Source of the DNA: an uncultured delta proteobacterium | GTDB lineage: Bacteria > Myxococcota_A > Polyangia > Fen-1088 | DNA length: 64,000 nt | Assembly (NCBI GenBank): GCA_963755125.1 | Contig: CAVWIP010000011.1 | Coordinates: forward strand, 64,001-128,000 | Direction of reading: 5' to 3' | Part shown: one piece after another, positions 42,425 through 51,953 of the stretch | Numbering within the stretch: position 1 is the stretch's first letter | Layout of the letters: every line of letters starts with the position of its first letter | Notes under the pieces: model-generated | What the model was told of the DNA's origin: nothing | The model's database searches: none | Seen by the model: the letters and a program-made list of their open reading frames with translations, nothing else | Program-made: the position numbers and the translations under genes

Positions 42425-43441
42425 ATGGAAAGGTCCGACGACGACCATCAACCTCTCGTTTGCGACGCGAAGACCGCGCTGGTCACCGGGGCCTCGGGCT
42501 TCCTCGGCAGCAGCCTGGTGGCGAGCCTTTGCAGACGCGGGATCAAAGTGCGTGCTTTGGCCCGGCCCACTAGCGACTTGCGTCGCTTGTCCGGGCTGGG
42601 CGCGGAGATCGTGCGCGGTGATGTGTGCGACGCCTCGTCGTTGCGAGAGGCTGCCTGCGGCCAGCAGATCGTGTTTCACGCTGCAGCCAAGGTGCCTGAT
42701 TGGGGCTCGCGGCGCGAGTTCTTCCAAGCCAACGTGGATGGCACCCGCAACATGGTGGCGGCCTGTCAGGATGCCGGCGTCGAGCGCCTGGTACACGTCA
42801 GCTCGCTGACCGTGTTGGGTCTGCCCCGCCGGGGTGCGGTTGTTGACGAGCAGAGCCCCTACGATCCTTCGCCGCACGATGCGTACACGGCCAGCAAGAT
42901 CGAGGCGGAAAGAATCGTGCGCGAGGCCCACGGCCAGCGCGGCCTGCAGACCGTGGCGGTCCGGCCTGGGGCAATCTGGGGTGTGGGCGACCCCAGCATC
43001 ACCCCGCGCATCGCGGCCCTGCTGCGCCGGGGACGCGCGGTCTACATCGGCCGCGCCAACAACGGCCTGGCGCTCTCCCATGTCGACAACCTCACGCTGG
43101 GGCTGCGGCTCGCCGCCGAAACGCCGGCGGCGGCTGGCCAAGTGTATCACCTGACCGACGGCGAAACCGTGACCGCGCGCGAGGTTATCGACGGTCTGGC
43201 CGCGCTCCTGGGCACGGCGCGACCGCGCCTGTCTGTCCCGTACTTCGTCATGTACCTGACTGCGGCCGCGATGGAAGGAGTGGCGCGCCTGCTGCGCCGA
43301 CGCTCGCCGCCGCCCTTCACACGCTACGGCGTGCGCCTGATGGCCAGCGACTGTCGCTACGACAACCGCAAGGCCGAGCGCGAGCTGGGCTTTCGCCCGA
43401 CCGTCTCCTTCGGGCAGGGACTGGCGGCGCTGCAACTGTAG
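42425..43441 (+). CDS. NAD-dependent epimerase/dehydratase (3-beta-HSD-like)
   Basis: TGASGFLG, VFHAAA, HVSS, YTASK, RPGAIWG. Confidence 0.92.
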   Translation: MERSDDDHQPLVCDAKTALVTGASGFLGSSLVASLCRRGIKVRALARPTSDLRRLSGLGAEIVRGDVCDASSLREAACGQQIVFHAAAKVPDWGSRREFFQANVDGTRNMVAACQDAGVERLVHVSSLTVLGLPRRGAVVDEQSPYDPSPHDAYTASKIEAERIVREAHGQRGLQTVAVRPGAIWGVGDPSITPRIAALLRRGRAVYIGRANNGLALSHVDNLTLGLRLAAETPAAAGQVYHLTDGETVTAREVIDGLAALLGTARPRLSVPYFVMYLTAAAMEGVARLLRRRSPPPFTRYGVRLMASDCRYDNRKAERELGFRPTVSFGQGLAALQL

Positions 43442-43500
43442 GGCGACTGGCGCTGGGATCTTTCATCACCCAAGGAAACCCATCACAAGGAGAATCGATC

Positions 43501-43689
43501 ATGCAGAAGCAACCAGAAGCCTTGCTCGCGCACGAGCCAGTTTCAGGCCAGGCGGGGTTTGCCGAAATCTATGCTTCCGGCAGCCCGCCATGGGAGACCG
43601 GCAAGCCCAAGCCACCATTTCGCGCGGGAGGAGAGTCCCTGCTGGCCTTGCCGAAAGTCCCGGTCCCCTACCCCGAGTCCCAGAGATGA
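43501..43689 (+). pseudogene. 5' remnant of a class I SAM-dependent methyltransferase
   Basis: Strong RBS AAGGAG; F..IY..G.PPWETGKP.P.F N-terminal motif, after which similarity is lost before any SAM-binding motif. Confidence 0.5.
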
Positions 43690-43741
43690 AATTCGCAGTT
43701 GTCAGCGGGGCTGAGAGCCGCCACGATGGACGGGAACCCGC

Positions 43742-45781
43742 ATGCTTGATGTCGCCTCACTTGGGCCGCTGGTCGACCAGCGCGATGTGATCCTGGTCAC
43801 CGGCAAGGGTGGCACGGGCAAGAGCACCCTGGTGGCCGCCCTGGCCGCCCTGGCCGCCCAGCGCCGCGGGGGCGCGGTTGCGGTCGAGTTCTCCGCGCAC
43901 CGGCGCCTGCCTGACCTGATCGCGCCGGAAGGCGGCGTCAGGGTGGTCAAGATCGATCTGGACACCGCGCTGGAGCCAGCCTTGCGGCGGCTGGTCAACA
44001 TCCCCATGCTGGCCCAGGCGGTCCTGCGCAACCGGGTGGTGCGCCAGTTCATCCGTACCTCACCGGCCATGCGCGAGATGATCGTGCTCGACGAGTTGCG
44101 CGCCCTGGTCGACGAGAGCACGGCCCGGCGCCTGCCGGTGATCGTGGATCTGCCAGCCACCGGCCATGCCCTGTCGTTCCTGGACACGCCCCGTGCCGTG
44201 CACCGCATGTTCCGCATCGGGCCCATCGCGCACGCGGCCGAGCGGGTCCAGCGCCTGTTGCTCGACGGCAAGCGCTGCGAGATGGTGACCATCACCTTGC
44301 CCGAGGAATTGCCGGTCAACGAGACACTCGAACTTCTGCGCAAGGCCCGTCAGATGGGCATTGCCGCCCGAATCGTCGTAGTCAACCAGGTCCCGGCCAT
44401 GCTTCTGCACGCCAGCGACCGGCCGCTGCTCGAAGTCCTGCAACGTGAGAGCGAGGAAGCGCTGGCGCACCTGGCGCTGGCGGCGCAGAGCCAGCTTGAT
44501 GGGATGGACCACGCGCGAAAGCAGATCGAGCGTCTGCGCGGTCTGGAAAACGCAAACGTGGTGGAGTTCCCGGCCCGGCCTCCGGCGCCCGCACCTGGCA
44601 ACGGGCGATTGGCGCACACTGTGGAACCTTCCGCTGGCAGTGCAGCTCAACTGGCCACGCTCATCGCCGATGCGCCGCTGGTGGTCTGCGTGGGACCGGG
44701 CGGCGTGGGCAAGACCACCTTGTCGGCGCTTCTGGCCTTGCGCCAGGCTGCGGCCGGACGGCGCGCCCTGGTGCTCACCATCGATCCCGCGCGCCGGCTG
44801 GCCGACGCGCTTGGGCTGGTCGAGTTGACCAACGATCCGATGGAGCTGACCGGTTTCCGCAAGATGCACCCGACGGGCACGCTGAGCGCGCTCATGCTCG
44901 ACCCCACCGCGACCTTCGATCACATGATCGCGCTGCTGGTGCCCGATCCGGCGCGGCGAGAAGCGCTGCTGTCGAACCGGGTCTACCAGCACATCTCGCG
45001 CAGCCTGTCGGGGACCCTGGAATACATGGCGGTCGAGCGGGTGCACGAACTGTTTCGCACCGGCCGCTTCGAGCGCATCGTGCTGGATACCCCGCCCACC
45101 GGCAACGCCGTGGATTTTCTCGAGGCGCCCGATCGGGTGGCCACCTTCTTCAGCGACAAGATCACCCGCTGGTTCATGCCCGCGGCGGCGACGTCATCCT
45201 GGACCTCGCGCCTGTGGAGCCGGGCCGGGGCCGCGGCGACGTCGCTCATCGCGCGGGTGGCTGGCCCGTCGTTCGTGGACGAGACCGTCGGGTTCTTCGC
45301 GGCCTTCTCCGACCTGCTCGGCCATTTCCGCTCGCGCGGCGAACAGGTCGGCCGCCTGCTGCGCGACCCGCGCACCGTGTTCCTGGTGGTGTGCGCACCG
45401 GATCCGGCTCGCATCGTCGAAGCCCAGGTCATCAGCGAGCACCTGGCCGACGAAGGCTGTGTGCCCCGCGCCTTCATCGTCAACCGGGTGGAAGAAGCCT
45501 TCTTGCCCGGTCCCGGCGAGATCGAACGCGCGGTGGAGCGCGCGGCGGCCCTGCTGGGTGGGCTGGAAGAGCGCGAGCAGACGCGGGCCTTCATGGATCG
45601 CCTAGAGACCTTGCGCCGGCAGCAGGAGTCGGCTGCCGCGCTTCACGCCGAAGTGGTGGAGGCGGTCCGCGAATTCGCCGCCCCTCGTCCCGTGTTCACC
45701 GTGCCCCGCATCCCGGTCGGCGAGACCCCGCGCGATTCGCTGCTCGCCATGTACCTGGGATTGTTTGCCAGGGACGAGTGA
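43742..45781 (+). CDS. ArsA/GET3-like ATPase with two fused ATPase domains
   Basis: P-loops GKGGTGKS and GPGGVGKTT; DLPATGH and DTPPTGN; TIDPARRLADALG. Confidence 0.88.
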   Translation: MLDVASLGPLVDQRDVILVTGKGGTGKSTLVAALAALAAQRRGGAVAVEFSAHRRLPDLIAPEGGVRVVKIDLDTALEPALRRLVNIPMLAQAVLRNRVVRQFIRTSPAMREMIVLDELRALVDESTARRLPVIVDLPATGHALSFLDTPRAVHRMFRIGPIAHAAERVQRLLLDGKRCEMVTITLPEELPVNETLELLRKARQMGIAARIVVVNQVPAMLLHASDRPLLEVLQRESEEALAHLALAAQSQLDGMDHARKQIERLRGLENANVVEFPARPPAPAPGNGRLAHTVEPSAGSAAQLATLIADAPLVVCVGPGGVGKTTLSALLALRQAAAGRRALVLTIDPARRLADALGLVELTNDPMELTGFRKMHPTGTLSALMLDPTATFDHMIALLVPDPARREALLSNRVYQHISRSLSGTLEYMAVERVHELFRTGRFERIVLDTPPTGNAVDFLEAPDRVATFFSDKITRWFMPAAATSSWTSRLWSRAGAAATSLIARVAGPSFVDETVGFFAAFSDLLGHFRSRGEQVGRLLRDPRTVFLVVCAPDPARIVEAQVISEHLADEGCVPRAFIVNRVEEAFLPGPGEIERAVERAAALLGGLEEREQTRAFMDRLETLRRQQESAAALHAEVVEAVREFAAPRPVFTVPRIPVGETPRDSLLAMYLGLFARDE

Positions 45782-46173
45782 GTCGCGCAACACCACGCCC
45801 CCTGCCCGTGTCTCACCCCAGCGTGGCGACCAACCCCGATCGGATGATCCTTTCGTCGTGTGTCAGCAACGTGCAAAGCGTTCAAGCGAAGGGGGTACCC
45901 GATCCCCCAGGCTCCAGGGACTGCCCGACGCCTCTTCCCGGTCGCATGTCGCCCCGCCGCCGGCCACCACTTTTTGAGAAGCTACGGTGGTCTCACGCAA
46001 AGTATGGGCAAGGGCGAAAGCCCTGCCCGCCACCTTGCGATACGGAAGAATCTGACCCACTCTGCAGACCCTCCTTCTGACATCCAGCTACGTACAAGAC
46101 CAAAGGCCAAACCGAGGGGCCGTGCACGTAGGGCCTTGCCTCCGGGTCTTTCGTCTTGGCCACGTAAATATGT

Positions 46174-46219
46174 ATTGATGTGTTTCTATATTGACATTGG
46201 TCGATGCTCGGTCCAGGCT
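46174..46219 (+). promoter_or_regulatory. two tandem ArsR-type operators overlapping a sigma70-like promoter
   Basis: ATTGA-N6-TCTAT (46174-46189) and ATTGA-N6-TCGAT (46190-46205); TTGACA at 46191, CAGGCT 17 bp downstream. Confidence 0.65.
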
Positions 46220-46226
46220 GAGTTGC

Positions 46227-46583
46227 GTGACGAAGCGTCTAGCCATCGCGGAACGGCCAAGCAAGGAAGCCCCTTATCTTTCGCCGCGCACGAAGTTCCG
46301 CACCAAGAACGTTACCCCGTTTGCCGCCCTGTTCAAGGCGCTCGCCGACGAGACTCGACTGGATATCTTGGTATTCCTCGCTGCCGCTGGCGACGCCATC
46401 TGCGTGTGCGAGATCGAGGACCACGTCGAGCTGCTGTCGCAGCCCACCATCTCGCACCACCTGCGTCAGCTTCGCGAGGCGGGCTTGGTCACGACCGAGC
46501 GTCGTGGCACATGGATCTACTACGCCGTCGACAAGTCAATCCGCGTCCGACTGGCCGAATTTGTTGCTCTCTTCGACGAATAG
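46227..46583 (+). CDS. arsR: ArsR/SmtB family repressor
   Basis: FKALADETRL, ICVCEI, SQPTISHHL..LREAGLV..ERRGTWIYY. Confidence 0.92.
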   Translation: MTKRLAIAERPSKEAPYLSPRTKFRTKNVTPFAALFKALADETRLDILVFLAAAGDAICVCEIEDHVELLSQPTISHHLRQLREAGLVTTERRGTWIYYAVDKSIRVRLAEFVALFDE

Positions 46584-46600
46584 TTTTTTTGCCAAAATAT

Positions 46601-46616
46601 ATCGACACCTGTCAAT
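46601..46616. promoter_or_regulatory. third copy of the ArsR-type operator, before arsM
   Basis: ATCGA-N6-TCAAT, same palindrome as upstream of arsR. Confidence 0.6.
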
Positions 46617-46629
46617 GAAGGAGAACGTG

Positions 46630-47547
46630 ATGTCCAATCCTCTCGTTACTATCGAACCTGAAGATGAATCCGCCTGTTGCTCCTCCTCCTGCTGCCCCGG
46701 TGGCGACGCCACGCCCATGCAAGACATCCGCGAAGTGGTCAAACAGCGCTACGGCCAAGCGGTACGGGCTCTCGCCCAGGGTGCGAAGCCATCGTGTTGT
46801 GGCTCCTCGGTGAAGGACGCGGCGACCGGCATGGGCGGAACGGATCCGATTACGCGCGACCTCTATGCCACTGACCAGACGTCCGGGCTGCCTGAGGAAG
46901 CCCTGCTCGCCTCGTTCGGCTGTGGCAATCCGACGACCCTCGCCGAGTTGCAACCGGGTGAGACAGTCCTTGATCTCGGCTCCGGGGGCGGCATCGACGT
47001 GCTGCTATCGGCAAGACGGGTTGGGCCGACGGGCAAGGCATACGGCCTCGACATGACGGACGAGATGCTCGCCCTTGCCGAGAAAAATAGAGCCAAGGCC
47101 GGCGCGACCAACGTCGCCTTTCTAAGAGGCACCATCGAAGCGATCCCGCTGCCAGACGGCACGGTGGATGTGGTCATCTCGAACTGCGTGATCAACCTGT
47201 CGGGAGACAAGGACAAGGTTCTGCGAGAGGCGTTTCGCGTGCTCAAGCCGGGTGGCCGGGTCGCCGTGTCCGACATTGTCCTTCGCCGCGAGTTGCCCGA
47301 GTCGGCGCGCAAGTCCATGACCCTGTGGACCGGCTGTGTCGCGGGGGCGCTGGTGGAGGCCGAGTACGTCGGCAAACTTCGCGAGACCGGGTTTCGCGAC
47401 ATCACGGTCGAAGCGACCAGGATCTACGACAAGGAGGAAGTTGCCGAAATGGCTTCGTCCTCGTGCTGTGGCGGAGACATGACAGAGACGCTTGCCGCGC
47501 TCGATGGCGCGATCATGAGCGCGTTCATCCGGGCCAAAAAGCCATGA
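46630..47547 (+). CDS. arsM: arsenite S-adenosylmethionine methyltransferase
   Basis: SCCG, FGCGNP, LDLGSGGGID, ISNCVINLS, WTGCVAGA. Confidence 0.95.
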   Translation: MSNPLVTIEPEDESACCSSSCCPGGDATPMQDIREVVKQRYGQAVRALAQGAKPSCCGSSVKDAATGMGGTDPITRDLYATDQTSGLPEEALLASFGCGNPTTLAELQPGETVLDLGSGGGIDVLLSARRVGPTGKAYGLDMTDEMLALAEKNRAKAGATNVAFLRGTIEAIPLPDGTVDVVISNCVINLSGDKDKVLREAFRVLKPGGRVAVSDIVLRRELPESARKSMTLWTGCVAGALVEAEYVGKLRETGFRDITVEATRIYDKEEVAEMASSSCCGGDMTETLAALDGAIMSAFIRAKKP

Positions 47548-47668
47548 CCGCGTGCAGGCACATTTCCTTCGCCAACGGTCTCACCTCAGGCACCTCAAGG
47601 CACTTGTGGAAGTCCGATACCACTCGTTCATCGGCGATTTTTTTTGGGGCTGCTTTAGAAAGGAAACC

Positions 47669-48160
47669 ATGGATGACGTAATTAGTGTGTTGTTTGTTTG
47701 TATTCACAACGCCGCGCGGAGTCGGATGGCGGAAGCATTGCTGCGAGACCTTGGAGGGCCTAGGTTCGAGGTGACAAGCTCCGGCTACGAGCCTCAAGAG
47801 GTCAATCCTATCGTCGTCGAAGCGCTGGATCTCGTCGGGCTGAAAGTCGCTCACCCTGGACCGCAGCCTTCGGTCTTCGATCTATTCAAGGCGGGCCGAC
47901 TCTTCGGCTACGTCATCTCGGTTTGCGATTACGAGCACGGACAAAGGTGTCCGCTATTCCCCGGAGTCACTGAGCGGCTCTCTTGGAGCTTTCCAGATCC
48001 AAGCACGTTTACCGGCAGCCACAACGAACGGCTCGCGCGCGTCGTCGAGGTTCGGGATGCAATTCAAGATAGCATCGAGGCATGGCTTGAGACTTTGTCT
48101 ATCACCCCCACCCATACCCGCGCGAAAGCTTCACAAGCACGCAAGGAGATCACGAAATGA
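47669..48160 (+). CDS. arsC: arsenate reductase / LMW-PTP family
   Basis: LFVCIHNAARS (CX5R), SVCD....RCPLFPG, WSFPDP. Confidence 0.88.
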   Translation: MDDVISVLFVCIHNAARSRMAEALLRDLGGPRFEVTSSGYEPQEVNPIVVEALDLVGLKVAHPGPQPSVFDLFKAGRLFGYVISVCDYEHGQRCPLFPGVTERLSWSFPDPSTFTGSHNERLARVVEVRDAIQDSIEAWLETLSITPTHTRAKASQARKEITK

Positions 48161-48166
48161 AGATGG

Positions 48167-48913
48167 TTGTTCGGAACTACCGCGCCACTTCTGGCAATTC
48201 TGCCTGTCGCCACGACACTTGTGGGGTGCTCGCATATGCAGTTTCCAGTCTTGCCGGCTGCCCGAGTTGCCGCTGATCGCTCGCTCGACATGCGCGGCAG
48301 GACGATTGCGGTGTTCATCATCTATCACGCCCGCAAGATGCTCACCGGCATGCAGGACGGCCAGGTGCTGGAACTGGTGACCGACGCCTATGATGCCGTG
48401 GACAGCGAGATTCGCGCCTGGTGTCACGCGACCCATCAGACGCTGCGGCAAGCGGAGCCGGGACCGGGCCTGGTCCGCTACTACATAGAGAAGGTGCCCT
48501 TCAGGCCGAGCGGAAACAAGTTGGCGATGGTGATCTCGAACCCGGGCCTTGAAGAACTGCTGACCCCACTCGGCCTGGCGCTCACAGCGGCGCTGTCGGG
48601 CAGCGATGTTCACTTGGTTTTTCAGGGGCCTGCGGTGCGGGTTCTCAAGCAAGGATTCTCAGCCAAGCTGTCCGGTTGGAGCTGGCCGTTCAGCGGGTTT
48701 GCGCGTGACGGACTAGCTGAAGCCGGCCACTTGCCACCGCAGGACAAGCTGGCCCAGTTGCGCGAACTGGGCGCCAAGATCTATGTCTGCGGTCCGTCCA
48801 TGGACCACTTCGGGGTCAGTCGCAGTGAGCTCGCCTTCCCCGACGTCATCGTCGGAGAGTACGCGGTCTTCCTGGGCGCCATGGCAGGAGCTGACCTCAC
48901 CATAGTCCTGTAG
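48167..48913 (+). CDS. TusA(SirA)-like + DsrE-like fusion with putative lipoprotein signal
   Basis: LVGC lipobox; LDMRG...GQVLELVTD....EIRAWC; C-terminal V.LVFQG.AV...LRELGAKIYVCGPSM; start ambiguous (see findings). Confidence 0.7.
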   Translation: MFGTTAPLLAILPVATTLVGCSHMQFPVLPAARVAADRSLDMRGRTIAVFIIYHARKMLTGMQDGQVLELVTDAYDAVDSEIRAWCHATHQTLRQAEPGPGLVRYYIEKVPFRPSGNKLAMVISNPGLEELLTPLGLALTAALSGSDVHLVFQGPAVRVLKQGFSAKLSGWSWPFSGFARDGLAEAGHLPPQDKLAQLRELGAKIYVCGPSMDHFGVSRSELAFPDVIVGEYAVFLGAMAGADLTIVL

Positions 48914-48936
48914 CGCAGAAGAGTTCTCTTGCCTTG

Positions 48937-48968
48937 ACCCGTATATTCGGCTATACGAATATATGGGT
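48937..48968. promoter_or_regulatory. palindromic operator before the second arsR
   Basis: ACCCG-TATATTCG-N6-CGAATATA-TGGGT, preceded by TTGACC. Confidence 0.7.
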
Positions 48969-48973
48969 GACGC

Positions 48974-49387
48974 ATGAAAGACGCGGCTCTGTTCTTCAAG
49001 ATTCTTGCCGACGAGGCACGGCTCAAGATCATCTGGCTGCTCTTTCACCATGACGAGCTGTGCGTGTGCGACGTCATGGCGGCGCTCGGCATCACGCAAT
49101 CCAAGGCTTCGCGGCACCTGGCCACGCTCAAGCACGCGGGTCTGGTGACCGACCGGAAGGACGGTCTTTGGTCGCACTACGCGCTCCGGCCGGCGAAAGA
49201 CGGGCTGGCCCAAACCCATCTCGAACTTCTGCGGCGCAGCCTGGCCGACAGACCTGATGCGGCTTCGCTTCTGAAGACGCTGCGCCGTTGGCTTCACGGC
49301 AAGAACCGCAGCGTGGCCTGCGCCAAAGCCTCCGCCCGTGCCGCCAAGAGGAAGACCACGACACGGCAACGAGGGGCAGCTCGATGA
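48974..49387 (+). CDS. arsR: ArsR family repressor (second copy)
   Basis: [41 protein letters not shown]. Confidence 0.92.
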   Translation: MKDAALFFKILADEARLKIIWLLFHHDELCVCDVMAALGITQSKASRHLATLKHAGLVTDRKDGLWSHYALRPAKDGLAQTHLELLRRSLADRPDAASLLKTLRRWLHGKNRSVACAKASARAAKRKTTTRQRGAAR

Positions 49388-50463
49388 CTCGTCAGACGGC
49401 AGCAACTCAGGGCGTAACGAAGGGGCTGTCGTTTCTTGACCGCTTTTTGACGGTTTGGATCTTCCTCGCCATGGCGGTTGGAGTTGGCGGCGGGTATCTG
49501 TTCCCCGGCATTGTCCCTCTAGTCAATCGATTCAACGTTGGGACGACCAACATCCCCATCGCCATCGGTCTCATCCTGATGATGTACCCGCCGCTAGCCA
49601 AGGTCCGCTACGAGGAGATGGGGCCGGTCTTCCGCAACTTCAAGGTGCTCGGGCTTTCGCTCATCCAGAACTGGGTGATCGGTCCGATCCTGATGTTCGG
49701 TCTGGCCGTGCTCTTCCTGCACGACAAGCCCGAGTACATGGTTGGGCTCATTCTGATCGGCCTTGCCCGCTGCATCGCCATGGTCATCGTGTGGAACGAT
49801 TTGGCCAAGGGCGACAGCGAGTACTGCGCCGGCCTTGTTGCCCTCAACTCGATCTTCCAGGTGCTCTTCTTTTCGGTCTCCGCCTACGTCTTCATCACCA
49901 TTCTCCCGACCTGGTTCGGCCTGAACGGCGTGCTGGTGAACATCACCATCGGCGAGATCGCCAAGACCGTCTTCATCTACCTCGGCATCCCCTTCATCGC
50001 CGGGGTGGTCACGCGGTTCTCGTTGATCAAGTTGAAGAGCAAGGACTGGTATCATACGGCGTTCATCCCGAAGATCAGCCCCATCACGCTCATTGCGCTG
50101 CTTTTCACCATCCTGGTGATGTTCTCGCTCAAGGGCGCATACATCGTGCAGCTTCCGTTTGACGTCGTGCGGATCGCCATCCCGCTGCTCATCTACTTCG
50201 TGTTGATGTTCTTCCTCTCCTTCTTCATGTCGAAGAAGGTGGGCGCGACCTACGGCCAGGCGACGACGCTGTCATTCACGGCGGCCTCTAACAACTTCGA
50301 GCTCGCCATCGCGGTAGCCATCGCGACCTTCGGGATTAACCACGGCGCCGCCTTCGCTGCCGTCATCGGCCCGCTTGTGGAGGTGCCAGTCATGATCGGT
50401 CTGGTCAACGTCGCGCTCTGGCTGGGGCGTAGGTACTACCGCACGCAGGAGGCTTCCACATGA
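49384..50463 (+). CDS. acr3: ACR3 family arsenite efflux permease
   Basis: [48 protein letters not shown]. Confidence 0.96.
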   Translation: MTRQTAATQGVTKGLSFLDRFLTVWIFLAMAVGVGGGYLFPGIVPLVNRFNVGTTNIPIAIGLILMMYPPLAKVRYEEMGPVFRNFKVLGLSLIQNWVIGPILMFGLAVLFLHDKPEYMVGLILIGLARCIAMVIVWNDLAKGDSEYCAGLVALNSIFQVLFFSVSAYVFITILPTWFGLNGVLVNITIGEIAKTVFIYLGIPFIAGVVTRFSLIKLKSKDWYHTAFIPKISPITLIALLFTILVMFSLKGAYIVQLPFDVVRIAIPLLIYFVLMFFLSFFMSKKVGATYGQATTLSFTAASNNFELAIAVAIATFGINHGAAFAAVIGPLVEVPVMIGLVNVALWLGRRYYRTQEAST

Positions 50464-50876
50464 AGGGCATCCTTTTCCTTTGCGTGGCCAACTCGGCCCG
50501 CAGCCAGATGGCCGAGGGGATTGCCCGAACATTGGCCCCGGCGGGAACCAAGGTATGGTCTGCTGGCTCGCGCCCCACCGGCGTTCGGGCCGAGGCGATC
50601 GCGGTGCTCAAGGAAATCGGCATAGACATCTCTGAACAGCGGGCGAAGGCAGTCGCGGAGATCCCGGCGGCCGAGGTCGACACGGTCATCACCCTGTGCG
50701 GCGAGGAGGAGTGCCCAGTGTTTCTCGGAAAGGCCACGCGACTGCATTGGGGCTTGCCTGATCCTGCGGCGGCGAAGGGATCGGAAGCGGAGCGCCTGGA
50801 CGCCTTTCGCAAGGTGCGCGACGAACTGCGCCGGCGGATCGCTGACCTCCTTGCGCAATTTGCATCGAGCAGGTGA
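50460..50876 (+). CDS. arsC: thioredoxin-type arsenate reductase
   Basis: [30 protein letters not shown]. Confidence 0.93.
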   Translation: MKGILFLCVANSARSQMAEGIARTLAPAGTKVWSAGSRPTGVRAEAIAVLKEIGIDISEQRAKAVAEIPAAEVDTVITLCGEEECPVFLGKATRLHWGLPDPAAAKGSEAERLDAFRKVRDELRRRIADLLAQFASSR

Positions 50877-50974
50877 TGATGGTCCTTGGATTGCAGCACC
50901 GATTGCCTCTCCCCTGCAGCCACGATGCAGGGGCTCATCGCCCTGCTCCTTGCCAAGAACGAATACGCCCCACT

Positions 50975-51790
50975 ATGAGTACCGCTCGTCATCTGCTCGC
51001 GCTGGCTTGTGTGCTTGTCACTGTCGCATGCTCGAGCCGGACTAGAAACAGCGCCGCGTCCCACGTTGGCGGCGCACACGCCGCCGCCGCAACGGCTGCG
51101 CCAACCACTGATGAAGCCGCCGTCTCAAATGGACAGATGGTGGCAGCGCACGATCCATCCCACCCGCCCATCGACTGTCCCCTGCGCAAGCAGGGCCTCG
51201 ACTCGGCCCAACTGCGGCCATTCAAAGACACCGCACGCTACATAGCGTTTCTCGAACGCCCTGACCGGGCTGCCTGGCAGAAGCCCGATGCAGTGGTGGC
51301 GGCTCTGGGGCTGACCGGCAAGGAGATCATCGTCGATATCGGAGCCGGCTCTGGCTATTTTTCTTTCCGACTTGCGCGAGCCGTGCCGCAAGGAAAGGTG
51401 ATCGCGCTGGACGTGGAGCCCGAGATGATCCGCCACGTCCACCACAAGGCGATGACCGAGGGTGTGCGCAATGTGCAGGTGGCCTTCGCCAAACCCGACG
51501 ATCCCGGCGTCCCTTTGGAGGCTGACCTCGTCTTCATGTGCGACGTGCTTCACCACATCCAGGATCGCCCAGCATGGCTGGCCAAGCTCGCCAAGGAGAT
51601 GCACACGGGAGCCCGGCTTGCGCTGGTCGAGTTCAAAGAAGGCGAGCTGCCCGAGGGTCCGCCGGAGGCGGTGAAGCTATCGCGGGCACAACTCGTGACT
51701 CTGGTCACCGGCGCCGGCCTCGCACTCGACAGCGAAAAGCCGGATCTGCTCCCGTACCAGACCTTTCTCGTCTTCCGCAAAGCGCGCTGA
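50975..51790 (+). CDS. class I SAM-dependent methyltransferase with lipoprotein signal
   Basis: Lipobox TVAC; HDPSHPPIDCP; ERPDRAAWQKPD; VDIGAGSGYF; DVLHH; LPYQ.FLVF. Confidence 0.85.
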   Translation: MSTARHLLALACVLVTVACSSRTRNSAASHVGGAHAAAATAAPTTDEAAVSNGQMVAAHDPSHPPIDCPLRKQGLDSAQLRPFKDTARYIAFLERPDRAAWQKPDAVVAALGLTGKEIIVDIGAGSGYFSFRLARAVPQGKVIALDVEPEMIRHVHHKAMTEGVRNVQVAFAKPDDPGVPLEADLVFMCDVLHHIQDRPAWLAKLAKEMHTGARLALVEFKEGELPEGPPEAVKLSRAQLVTLVTGAGLALDSEKPDLLPYQTFLVFRKAR

Positions 51791-51953
51791 GGGTGCCCTG
51801 GAAAGCGGACTTGACCGACGCCGTGCTATCCGAGAAATCATCGCCTCACATGGTGCCCGTCGGCAAGGTTGCGTTTATCAGGGACCGCTGTCCTAGGATC
51901 GGGAGAGAGCCATCGGTCTGACCCGCCTCCTATTTCAGTTGTAACGAACACCT

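Noticed and set aside
43742..45781. arsA of the arsenic operon
   Set aside because: Lacks an evident metalloid-binding Cys set, is separated by ~450 bp and a separate promoter, and resembles non-arsenic ArsA-like pairs.
45890..45970. Complete tRNA gene ending in CCACCA
   Set aside because: No T-arm GTTC(G/A)A and no cloverleaf pairing could be built upstream.
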